Made by a program: the position numbers and the translations under genes
The notes under the pieces: generated by a model
The model's input: the letters and a program-made list of their open reading frames with translations, nothing else
Told to the model about the DNA's origin: nothing
Database searches by the model: none
Part shown: positions 1-9,407 of the stretch, piece after piece
Layout: each line of letters opens with the position of its first letter
How positions within the stretch are numbered: position 1 is the first letter of the stretch
Assembly (NCBI GenBank): GCA_052327205.1
Contig: CM126228.1
Location: 11,718,001-11,782,000, forward strand
Reading direction: 5' to 3'
DNA length: 64,000 nt
From: Somniosus microcephalus
Taxonomy: Eukaryota

Positions 1-336
1 GGTACATACTCATGTGACTCGGCCAACGTTGTCTACCTCATACGTTGCAGGAAAGGATGCCCCGGAGCATGGTACATCGGCGAGACCATGCAGACACTGC
101 GACAACGAATGAACGGACACCGCGCAACAATCGCCAGGCAGGAGTGTTCCCTCCCAGTCGGGGAACACTTCAGCAGTCAAGGACATTCAGCCTCCGATCT
201 TCGGGTAAGCATTCTCCAAGGCGGCCTTCGAGACACACAACAACGCAAAATCGTCGAGCAGAAACTGATAGCCAAGTTCCGCACTCGTAAGGACGGCCTC
301 AACCGCGATCTTGGGTTCATGTCACGCTACATGTAA
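1..336 (+). mobile_element. Penelope-like retroelement, C-terminal GIY-YIG endonuclease end of the ORF (5' part outside window)
   Basis: Frame 1 is open from base 1: ...CDSANVVYLIRCRKGCPGAWYIGETMQTLRQRMNGH...PVGEHFS..GH..SDLRVSIL...R...EQKLIAKF.T..DGLN. The VVY/YIG motif with C..C..C..H is typical of Penelope GIY-YIG domains. Confidence 0.93.
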
Positions 337-688
337 CCCCACCTGACGTAGGGTCACCCAGACTCGAGCCGTCGTTGGCTTGTTCTCTCTACACAGATGC
401 GGCCGGACCTGCTGTGATTTCCAGCAAAAAAAAAAAAAATGCTTTTTTGTCTTTTTTGTTTTTCATACAGACCCCAGCATCTGCAACATTTGACCCCTTG
501 TGACCCCAGCTCATTGTTCTTTGATGTAATGTTTTCCTGACTAACCTGTTTGGACACCATTCACACCTTTTGATCGCTGTGATTATCTGTCTGCCGAGGT
601 GTGATAAATGGCAGTTAGAAAGATTACCTGTAATCATCTGGCATTATTCTCTGACTATATAAGCTGTGTCTTTATGCATCTCTCCACT

Positions 689-725
689 TCACCTGACGAA
701 GGAGCAGCGCTCCGAAAGCTTGTGA
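689..725 (+). ncRNA. Minimal type I hammerhead ribozyme motif in the Penelope 3' pseudo-LTR
   Basis: TCAC-CTGACGA-A-GGAGC(AGC)GCTCC-GAAA-GCTT-GTGA. Intact catalytic core, 5-bp stem II, palindromic stem III (AAGCTT), stem I TCAC/GTGA. AATAAA follows at about 731. Confidence 0.8.
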
Positions 726-829
726 TTTCAAATAAAACTGTTGGACTATAACCTGGTGTTGTGTGACTTCTTACATTTGTCCACCCCAGTCCAACTCCGG
801 CATCTCCACACCATGGATTAAAGCTGTAA

Positions 830-1450
830 TATGGTGGAACCAGAAGTAAGTGTTGGTGAGTAGGTGTCATTTGATGGCACTAGTGATGACTTCTTCCATC
901 GCTATTGATGATTAGGAGGAGGCTGATAGGGTGGTGAGTTAGATTTATTCTGTTTTTTGTGCACAAGATATACCTGGACAATTTTTCAGTGTTTGGCAGG
1001 TGTCCGTTTTATAGCTGTACTGGATCAGCTTGGCTAGTGGAGCAGCTAGGTCTGGTGCACAGGTCTAAAGCACCAACGGGATGTTGTCGGGGCCCATAGC
1101 CTTTTCTGTGTCCAGTGCACACAGCCGCTTCCTAATGTCACGTGGAGTGAACAAAATAGGCTGGATACAGATCTATACTCGTGGAGACGGCAAGAGTAGG
1201 ATCATCCACTGGGCATTTTTGCCTGAAGACACTTACAAACACTTAAGCCTTGTCTCTCATACTCGTGCAGGGCTCCACCATAGTTGAGGATGTTCATGGA
1301 TTGATGCCTCCTGTTAATTGAGTGGTTGTTTGCCACCATTCTTGACTGGATGTGGTAGAGCTTATAGAGCCTTGTTCTGATCTGTAGATTGTGGGAACGC
1401 TTAGCTCTTTATAGCCTGCCGCTTTTGATGATTTAGCTTGCAGAATGCCC
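830..1450 (-). mobile_element. Degraded non-LTR retrotransposon ORF2 fragment (region N-terminal to RT)
   Basis: Minus strand reads KAMGPDNIP...TCAPDLAAPLAKL.QYSY...VHKK...PISLL across frameshifts, a LINE ORF2 pre-RT motif set. Confidence 0.7.
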
Positions 1451-2864
1451 TGTGTAGTAGTTTCATTAGGTTGACCCTTTGGAAAAGCTGTTAGCTCTTT
1501 ACTCCCATGTCTGCTCCATTTCCATCTCTCTGGCATAGCCTAGTGGCCATTTTGGGCCCAGTTCCACTGCTTTGCACTCCCACTCCTGCTTCTGGGTTGT
1601 GTTGGGTACTGCTCTTGCTTGGGCTCCTTTACAGCCCTGCTCCTGTCTCTTCCCTGCTCTTGGGTTCCACTCCTGCTTCTCCCCTGGTTGCAGCCATTCT
1701 GCCTCTTGCTCCCACTTCTGTTGTCTTGCTTCCACTGCTTTGGGGACTAACTACTTTAGACCCTACTACCATCGCCTGTGGCCATATTGTGCCACTTCTG
1801 CTTCAGTAGCTCCTATGACCGCTTTAGTCCCTGATCTGATTTCTCCAGCCCCAGAACTGCTACCCATCAACCACTCTCCCTTCCCAACTAATTATTCAGA
1901 GGCTGTGTCGCCTCAGGCTCGGAGGGGGATTAGGCCTTTGAAATCTCAGTATCCAGTTGGGGAGAAGGAAATATGGGCTCGGGGACTATGGACCATGATG
2001 CTAGAGAATGGGGTCTCGATGAGGATGAAGTAGGCAGTGTCAGCTGAGAGAGAACCCAAGGTGGAACGTGCAGGTGATTGGAGGAAGACAGCAGAACAGA
2101 TGGGGCGACAGAAGAGGAGCTGAGGTAACACAGGACCAAATGCAGGAGGCAGAAAAGACGCAGACCACGTGCGATGTGGCAGGTCGCTCAGACGAGACAA
2201 TGGCAACAAGTGTATATGGAGCCAGCAAACATACATGGCCTAAGCGGTAGGGAAATGGCCAAGGAGCCTGTGAGCGATATTTTCCTGCACCAGTCACCAG
2301 AAAATGCAAACAACAGCTTCATTCCCTTGCACATCACTTCCCGCCCATAAACAAATAGGAAAACAATATAAAGAGTAACAGAAAAACCAGATGAACAGAG
2401 ATGGCGAGAAACAGCAACATGAACACGACAGACATAGGTAAGAAAGAAACCATATCCTTTGACTTACCCTGAGTGACTTCATGGAAGATTGGCTTTTAAT
2501 ATTAGAAGCCTTGTGTCTGGTGAACACTTCCTGCACACATTACCCTTCCTTTGACATGATTTTTGAGTGATGCTTTGTATGTCAATATTTATCATGGGGG
2601 GAACCTATGTCAACATATAGCTGTCAAGCTGTAAGTGCAGGTCTCCAGAGCCCAGGTGGTGTTGCAGAGCCTCATCCTTCTTGTCGCCCACATCCTCGGC
2701 CTCTATTGTCATTCGAACTCGGGACACCAAAAACTTGTTTAAAAAAAAATGCCTGAGACCGCTCGTGGCTCTGTCTAGATTTTGACCCTGTAACTGCTCT
2801 CTCTGCTTTCTTCTGACACTTTCCTGGTTCTGACCTCTGCCCCACATCATTTCAACTGCTGACT

Positions 2865-2970
2865 TCCTGCTCCTGCTCCTGCCCCTGCTCCTGCCCCTGC
2901 CCCTGCCCCTGCCCCTGCCCCTGCCCCTGCCCCTGCCCCTGCCCCTGCCCCTGCCCCTGCTCCTGCCCCT
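2865..2970. repeat. (GCCCCT)n hexamer microsatellite, about 17 units with GCTCCT variants
   Basis: Direct tandem repeat; it generates the spurious poly-GA and poly-RG ORFs at 2605-3077. Confidence 0.95.
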
Positions 2971-3261
2971 CTGCCAGTTTTGCTGCCCTTGGCTGTCACC
3001 CAAACCTGCTCAGCACTGTTCTCCTCTCCCTTGCCTGCTACAGTTAAAATGCTGGGCCACCTTCCCTTCCCTTGCAAACCTGCAGTTACTAAAGCCTACT
3101 TTCGATGTATTTGCAAACTAGAACGTCGTTCCTGCCATCTTCCTCTGTATCCTGGGCTTTAAAAAAAAAAAAAAAGTAAGAAATAAAGTTAACTATGAAG
3201 TTAAGTGAATGTTTAAACTTAATCAATGTTTAAAAGTAATCAAAGCCACTAACTTAAATGA

Positions 3262-3500
3262 ATGGGCTTGCATTAATACAGCACCTTTCACAGCCTCAGG
3301 ACATCCCAAAGCCAATTAATCACTTTTGGAGTGTAGTCATTGTTGTAAGAAAGGGAAACGCTGCAGCCAATTTGTGCACAGCAAGCTCCCACAATGGCCA
3401 GATAATCTTTGTTTTTTAAGTGACGTTGGGTGAGGAATAAATATTGGCCACGACACAAGGAGAATCTCTTCTTCGAAGTGGTATCATAGAATCTTAATCC
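3262..3500 (-). mobile_element. Deu-domain/L2-tailed SINE fragment (SacSINE1/AmnSINE-like)
   Basis: Shares 'cttgcattta..tagcacctttca..cctcaggacatcccaaag..gtgtagtcactgttgtaa..gcagccaatttgtgcacagcaagctcccaca' with copies at about 6996, 27490, 33262, 45655 and 57508. Confidence 0.75.
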
Positions 3501-4251
3501 ACTAATATACAGTAAATGTGCATAAAGCTATGTAATTCAAATGCAAAAATATCACTACAATACTGTTACAAATGTTGAGTCTGCATTAGATGTTCTCTCG
3601 AGTTCAGCATTCACTTCGGGTGTGTGTGGTGGTGGTGGGGTGTATGTGTGTGTTTTCTAGTGCGCTCAGCCGTTTCTTGATATCACGTGGAGTGAATCGA
3701 ATTAGCTGAAGACTGGCTTCTGTGATGGTGGGGGTGCGAACCTCTCTGAAATCTGTTGGTATGGTATTGTGAGTGCACACAATTCTGTTAACTACAGTAC
3801 TTCGTTTAGTACCCAGGGTAAATCAACATTCTGAATCACTTGTTTGTTCCTGGAAGTTACCTCCCTGTGAACCAAATTTAATTGCAGAGCAACATCGTAA
3901 TATAAACTAATCATGAAATCCCCTTCAGGTGAATATCCCAAAACGTGACACATACTCTGCAAAGGAATGCAATTTGACTTAATCAGTGTAAGTTACTGGC
4001 CCTGATCTAATATTGTATGTTACATAAAACAGGCTGTCTTCCAATTTACCATAACCAGGTTCTCTTTCCCTCCCCCCCCCACTCCCCTGCCCTTCAGAGT
4101 TCCACTACCTGGCACCCTGCAAAGTGTTACCACTTTCTGTGATTTCTCCCCCACCCGTCCCAGTTATCAGTGGGCCCTGGGAGCCCCCCACCTGCACAGT
4201 GTTACCATATCTTGGGGCGACTGCCCCCCACAACTGCTAAATGCCAGGAAT

Positions 4252-4712
4252 CAGCTTGTATATCCATCCAGGACACAGCAGCCCGCTTGATTGGCACCCC
4301 ATCCACCACCTTAAACATTCACTCCCTCCACCACCGGCGCACCGTGGCTGCAATGTGTACCATTTACAAGAAGCACTGCAGCAACTCACCAAGCCTTCTT
4401 CGACGGCACCTCCCAAACCCGCGACCTCTACCCCCTAGAAGGACAAGGGCAGCAGACGCATGGGAACACCACCACCTCCAAGTTCCCCTCCAGGTCACAC
4501 ACCAACCTGACTTGGAAATATATCGCCGATCCTTCATTGTCGCTGGGTCAAAATCCGAGAACTCCCTCCCTAACAACACTGTTGGGAGTACCTTCACCAC
4601 ACGGACTGCAGCGGTTCAAGGCGGCGGCTCACCAACACCTTCTCCAGGGCAATTCGGGACGGACAATCAATGCTGGCCTTGCCAGCAATGCCCACGTCCC
4701 AGGAACGAATAA
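4252..4712 (+). mobile_element. 3' end of a non-LTR retrotransposon (ORF2 C-terminus plus 3' UTR)
   Basis: IQDTAARLIGTPSTTLNIHSLHHRRTVAAMCTIYKKHC is LINE ORF2 C-terminal like. The 3' tail '...caatcaatgctggccttgccagcaatgccc' recurs inverted at about 55950. Confidence 0.75.
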
Positions 4713-5036
4713 AGGAAATGCCTCATTCCAAAAATAACAATCAGTTATGGATTGAAATGTTCTGTGTAAATTCTCTGATGGCTCAGCTGATTAAGGCAGC
4801 AAGTAACTGATCCATCTAGACCAAGAAGCTCTGAGTTTTGTGCTCCAGTCTCTGCTGTGTTTGATCACAGCTTAGCTGCCAGTTGGGATGTTGCAATTGA
4901 CTAGTGCTTTTTGACAGTGGAGAAAAAAACAGCCAGGGTTGCTGCTCCTGAATTCATAATCGTGCTGCAAGGAGTCTGCGCTTGGGTGTGAGAGTCAATG
5001 AAAGGTGAGGACTGGGCCGTGATGACCCTACACTTG

Positions 5037-6660
5037 AACAACAACAACTTGCATTTATATAACGCATTTAACGTAGTAAAACATCCCAAGGAAGCTTCAC
5101 AGCAGCGTAAGCTGACAAAAATTGACACCGATCCAAAGAAGGAGACATTAGGACTGGTGTAGGTTTTAAGGAGCATCTTAAAGGAGGAGAGAGAGGCGGG
5201 AGAGGTTTAAGAAGGGAATTCCAGAGCTTATGGCCCAGAAGGCTGAAAGTACGACGGGCGAAGGAAGTAGGGGATGCACAAGAGACCAGAGTTGTCTAAG
5301 CGTTGTAGGTTGCAGAGATCGGGAGGGCGAGGCCAGGCCGTGGAGGGATTTGAAAACAAGGATGAGAATTTTAACGATAGCAAAATACTGCAGATGCTGG
5401 AAATCTGAAATAACAACAGAAAATGCTGGAAAAACTCAGCAGGCCAGGCAACGTCCGTATAGAAATGAAGAGTCGACGTTTCGGGTGAACCCTTTTTCAA
5501 AACTGGAAAGGAAATAAAATAGGTCGAAGGCAGGGCTGCGATAGAACAAAAGAGAAGTGAAGAGACATTGAGGTATTCAAAACCAGACGAGATGGTAATA
5601 GGACTAGTGGAGACAAAAGACGGCTAAGATTAGGTGTGACGTGTACTGGCAGGATGAGTGACAGCTGCCACGTGGGAGAGAGAAAAAAAAAGGGGGGTGG
5701 GGTGAAGGGAAGACCCAAAACAAAGGGGTGGAAAAAAAATAAGTAAAAATGTAATAGGGGCCGAGGTTATGATCTGAAATTGTTGAACTCGATATTGTGT
5801 CACTCATCCTGCCAGTACACGTCACACCTAATCTTAGCCGTCTTTTGTCTCCACTGTCCTATCACCATCTCGTCTGGTTTTGAATACCTCTTACTGTCTC
5901 TTCACTTCTCTTTTGTTCTATCGCAGCCCTGCCTTCGATCTATTTTATTTCCTTTCCAGTTTTGAAAAAGGGTTTCGACCCGAAACATCGACTCTTAATT
6001 TCTCTACGGATGTTGCCTGGCCTGCTGAGTTTTTCCAGCATTTTCTGTTATTATGAGAATTTTAAAATTGATACGTTGGAGGACCGGGAGCTAATGTAGG
6101 TCAGCAAGCACAGGAGTGATGTGTGAATGGGACTTGTGAGTTAGGATATGGGCAGCAGAGTTTTCAATGAGCTTATATTTATGAAGAGTGGAAGATGGGT
6201 GGGCTGGCCAGAAGAGCATTGGAGTAGTCTAGTCTGGAAGTAACAAACATAGAGATGATGGTTTCAGCTGCAGATGGGCAGAGACGAACGATATTGCGGA
6301 GGTGGAAGTAGGCGGTTTTTGTGATGGAGAGGATATGGAGTTGGCAGCTCAGCTCAGTCAAGTAGGACGCTGAGGTTGTGAATAGTCTGGTTCAGCCTGA
6401 GACAGTGGCCAAGAAGGGGTATGGAACTGCTGGCTGGGGAACGGAGATCATGGTCGGGACCAAAGACGATGGCTTCAGTCTTCCAAATGTTTAATTGCAG
6501 GAAATTCCACCTCATCCAGGACTGGATGTCAGATGAGCAGTTTGACTATGCTGGGCAATAGAGGGGTCGAATGAGATGGTGGTGAGGTAGAGCGGAGTGT
6601 CGTCTGCGTACATGTGGAACCAGATGTGTTTTCGGATGAGAATAACTTGACAGTCGCTGT
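5037..6660 (-). mobile_element. L2 LINE 3' portion, interrupted by a Penelope-derived insertion at 5375-6052
   Basis: Minus strand has FHMYADDTPLYL (RT YADD) and ITKTAYFHLRNI..L...AETII..FVTSRLDYSNALLA, plus the L2 tail 'ttatataaatgcaagttgttgt'. Confidence 0.88.
5375..6052. mobile_element. Penelope-derived element with ~250-bp inverted repeat and 13-bp TSD
   Basis: About 5410-5663 is the reverse complement of about 5798-6052. ATGAGAATTTTAA is duplicated at 5362-5374 and 6053-6065. Contains a degenerate hammerhead core (GGGTTTCGACCCGAAAC). Confidence 0.8.
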
Positions 6661-8624
6661 CAAAGTTAGTACATGAAGAGGTGGCCTTTGGACAAGGTAC
6701 TGGAAGAAAGCCAGCATCAGTGGAACTGCACTCCAGGAAGAAGTCACTGCTTTCATGAGAGAAGGAGGGACATCTCTGCAAAACCTCACCTCTTTGAGGG
6801 TTTTCTTATTCTTGTGATGGTGGAAGTGTTGCAGTGTTTAAAATTTAAAAGCACAAATTCTAACCTTTATCTACACTACTTGTCTCTAACAGCAGCTGCT
6901 AATCTGATTTAGCTGGGCTGTTGTCCATCACAGTCCCCCTTTTAACTAAATGCTACAGCATAAAGAGGAAAAGAAAAACCACAAATGCTGGAAACAAGAA
7001 CTTGTATGGATATAGTGCCTTTCGTGACCTTGGGATGTCCCAAAGTGCTTTTCAGCGGATGAAGTACTTTTGAAGTGTAGTCACTGTTGTAATGTGGCAG
7101 CCAATTTGCACACAGCAAGCTCCCACAAACAACAATGTGATAATGGCAGCTCATCTGTTTTAGTGAAAGTGCCGGAAATACTCAGCTGGTCAACCACCAT
7201 CTGAAAGATAAAGGCTGACATTTTGGTGAGACCCTTTATCAGCTGCGTTGGCTCATTTCACCTATGGTGGGGTGCAGCAATTTGCCTCAGCATGTCTAGG
7301 CTGAGCATTGGGGTCAGCCAGGGCTCCCCACCTGAGTGATTTGATGGATCAGTTCATTCTGCTTAAAGTGCACATGGGATCCCCAGTGAGTACAGGATCG
7401 AGCTCTCAACGTTGATGTTCCTTGTGGTCGAATAGCCTACTCTCTGTCGAATAGCCCAGCGACCTTCACCATTCACTTCCATGAAGAATGATCGCTTAAG
7501 TACCTGGAAAATTGCTGGCACCCACATAATTCTGTACCTTACCACAGAATGAACTACACTTTCCAGAGAGGAGGCAGAACAATTAGGAACTAAAAATTAA
7601 CTACTGTTTAGAGAAATCTATTTACCATATCTGTCTGCTTGAATAATTCTAGAAAATTGATTTACATGTACGAGTGAATGCTAGAGTAAGTTTTTTTTAA
7701 AGATGATTTAAAAAAATGATTTCAGCAGTTGAAATGAGTTTTTGACTGAATGTTGCATTAATTAAGTGTACTCAGTGAGAGAGAGTGTGTATGTGTGCAC
7801 ATTATTTGCATTGCAGTGAGCTTCCGCAAGACAGACTCTCTGATTTAATGTATACCTGATCCAGTTATATAATTACACTGTACCCCATGCACTGCCATTG
7901 CACATAAGTCCTGGTGAAAAGGCACTGGTCAAACTGATTATATATTTAACACGGTTCATATGGGCATTTGTAGTTTTCTTTTAATGCAAAAGTGAAATTA
8001 AAACAGGATTCTAGTCAGATTAAACAGTGCACTTGAAGTGAAACTGACCCCCTCCCCAACAAAAACATGGCAAAGCGAGCATGTACAGGGTTTTTCCCTT
8101 TAAGAGAGGCTCTGCAGTATTTTTCCATTCCAGCCTGTCGACGTGGCAGGGCTTGTTGTCTTCTGTCGGGCATGATGGGAAAGGATTTGGGAAGGGATTC
8201 AGCAGTTGGCCGCGTTGCAGCTTTCGAGTTGAAAGCGAATGCTTCATTTGTAGTTTGAGGTTAACATTGAGAGATTTTGTAATTCGGGCTAGAATCTGGA
8301 GTATCATTTTTCAGTGAAAAATCTTCTATGCTATGTAAAAGCTGCAGTATGGAGAAATGTTCGAAATGTCCTTGCTGGGTTTGTTTGCTTTACAACGAGG
8401 GCACATTTAGTGGCTATTATCTGCAATGCACGTCATTTACCAGCCCTTGGGGATTTGCTGAGCAATGTGATTGGTCCGGGCTGCAAGCGTAGAGGGCGGG
8501 GTAGCTCACTGCAGCAGATGTTTTTGTGGTTACTGAAAACTCTCGGCTTTCAGCTACAGCTTCGCTTTGTTGCTGCTCCATTTTAACCTGAGCGCTGTGA
8601 GCTCACTGCAATGCAAATAATGTG

Positions 8625-8668
8625 CACACACACACACTCACACTCTCTCTCTCTCTCTCTCTCTCTCA
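8625..8668. repeat. (CA)n(CT)n compound microsatellite
   Basis: Visible directly, about 50 bp upstream of a CTC1 splice acceptor. Confidence 0.9.
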
Positions 8669-8719
8669 CTGAGTGCACTTAATTTGTAATTGGATTTTTT
8701 AATCTGCTTGTTTTAACAG

Positions 8720-9407
8720 GATCTATGCACAGTTTTGTGTGGGTGACCTACAAGTGCTCAAAAGGCGTGCGGCTTCCACAAGCCCAAGCCCAGCTCCCCT
8801 GCTCATCCCTGCACTGCCGACCACCGCGTCGACCAGTGCAAGAGCTGCCGTTCGCAGCAGCTGCAGTCAGGCATGCAAAAACGATGAGGTCAACAGCATC
8901 GCATCCAATCAGCACCAAGCTGGCCCTTCCCTTCCCAAAATGCCTCGGCTGGAGGAAGTTGTGCTGCAAGAAGGCCATGTTGGTGAAAGTAGAAGAACTG
9001 TCTGTTCACACCCATTATGGACCGACAGAGAAGCAGCGGGCTCCCAGAACGAGAAACGGCAGCTGGAAGGCGCAGGTACATCCACCGGACATTCGACAGC
9101 ATGCAGAGGCAAGATAAAAGAGAAAACCCGCAGTGTCGGCTGCGTTACTCAGTTAATACTCGTAACTCACAAAGATGCCTTGATGCTGAGGAACTGTCAA
9201 TATGGCAGAAACGAAGGCTGTGAGCATACTAATGGTTCTGGAGAGGCTTTCACCAAGAGAGCTAAAACGGGGCTGGGACTGGCTTTTCAGGCTTCTGCAC
9301 TCAAGATAGGAAGTCCCAGACAGTGGGAAGATGAAGGAAAAATCGAGGGATTGCCAGAGCTGGAAGCAGACCCCTCTCTTTGTTCTGAATACAACAATTA
9401 TACACAA
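8720..9407 (+). CDS. CTC1: CST complex subunit CTC1, internal coding exon (first in window; 688 bp)
   Basis: ttttaacAG|G-ATC...CAA|GTAAGT. RIYAQFCVGDL...TQLILVTHKDALMLRN...LAFQASA...GLPE matches recalled human CTC1 RVYIQFFLADAL...SRLFLLCHKEALMKRN...LSFYV...GLPE. Confidence 0.88.

Noticed and set aside
2605-3077. RG-repeat and GA-repeat (silk-like) proteins in the ORF track
   Set aside because: These are translations of the (GCCCCT)n microsatellite, with no splice or homology support.
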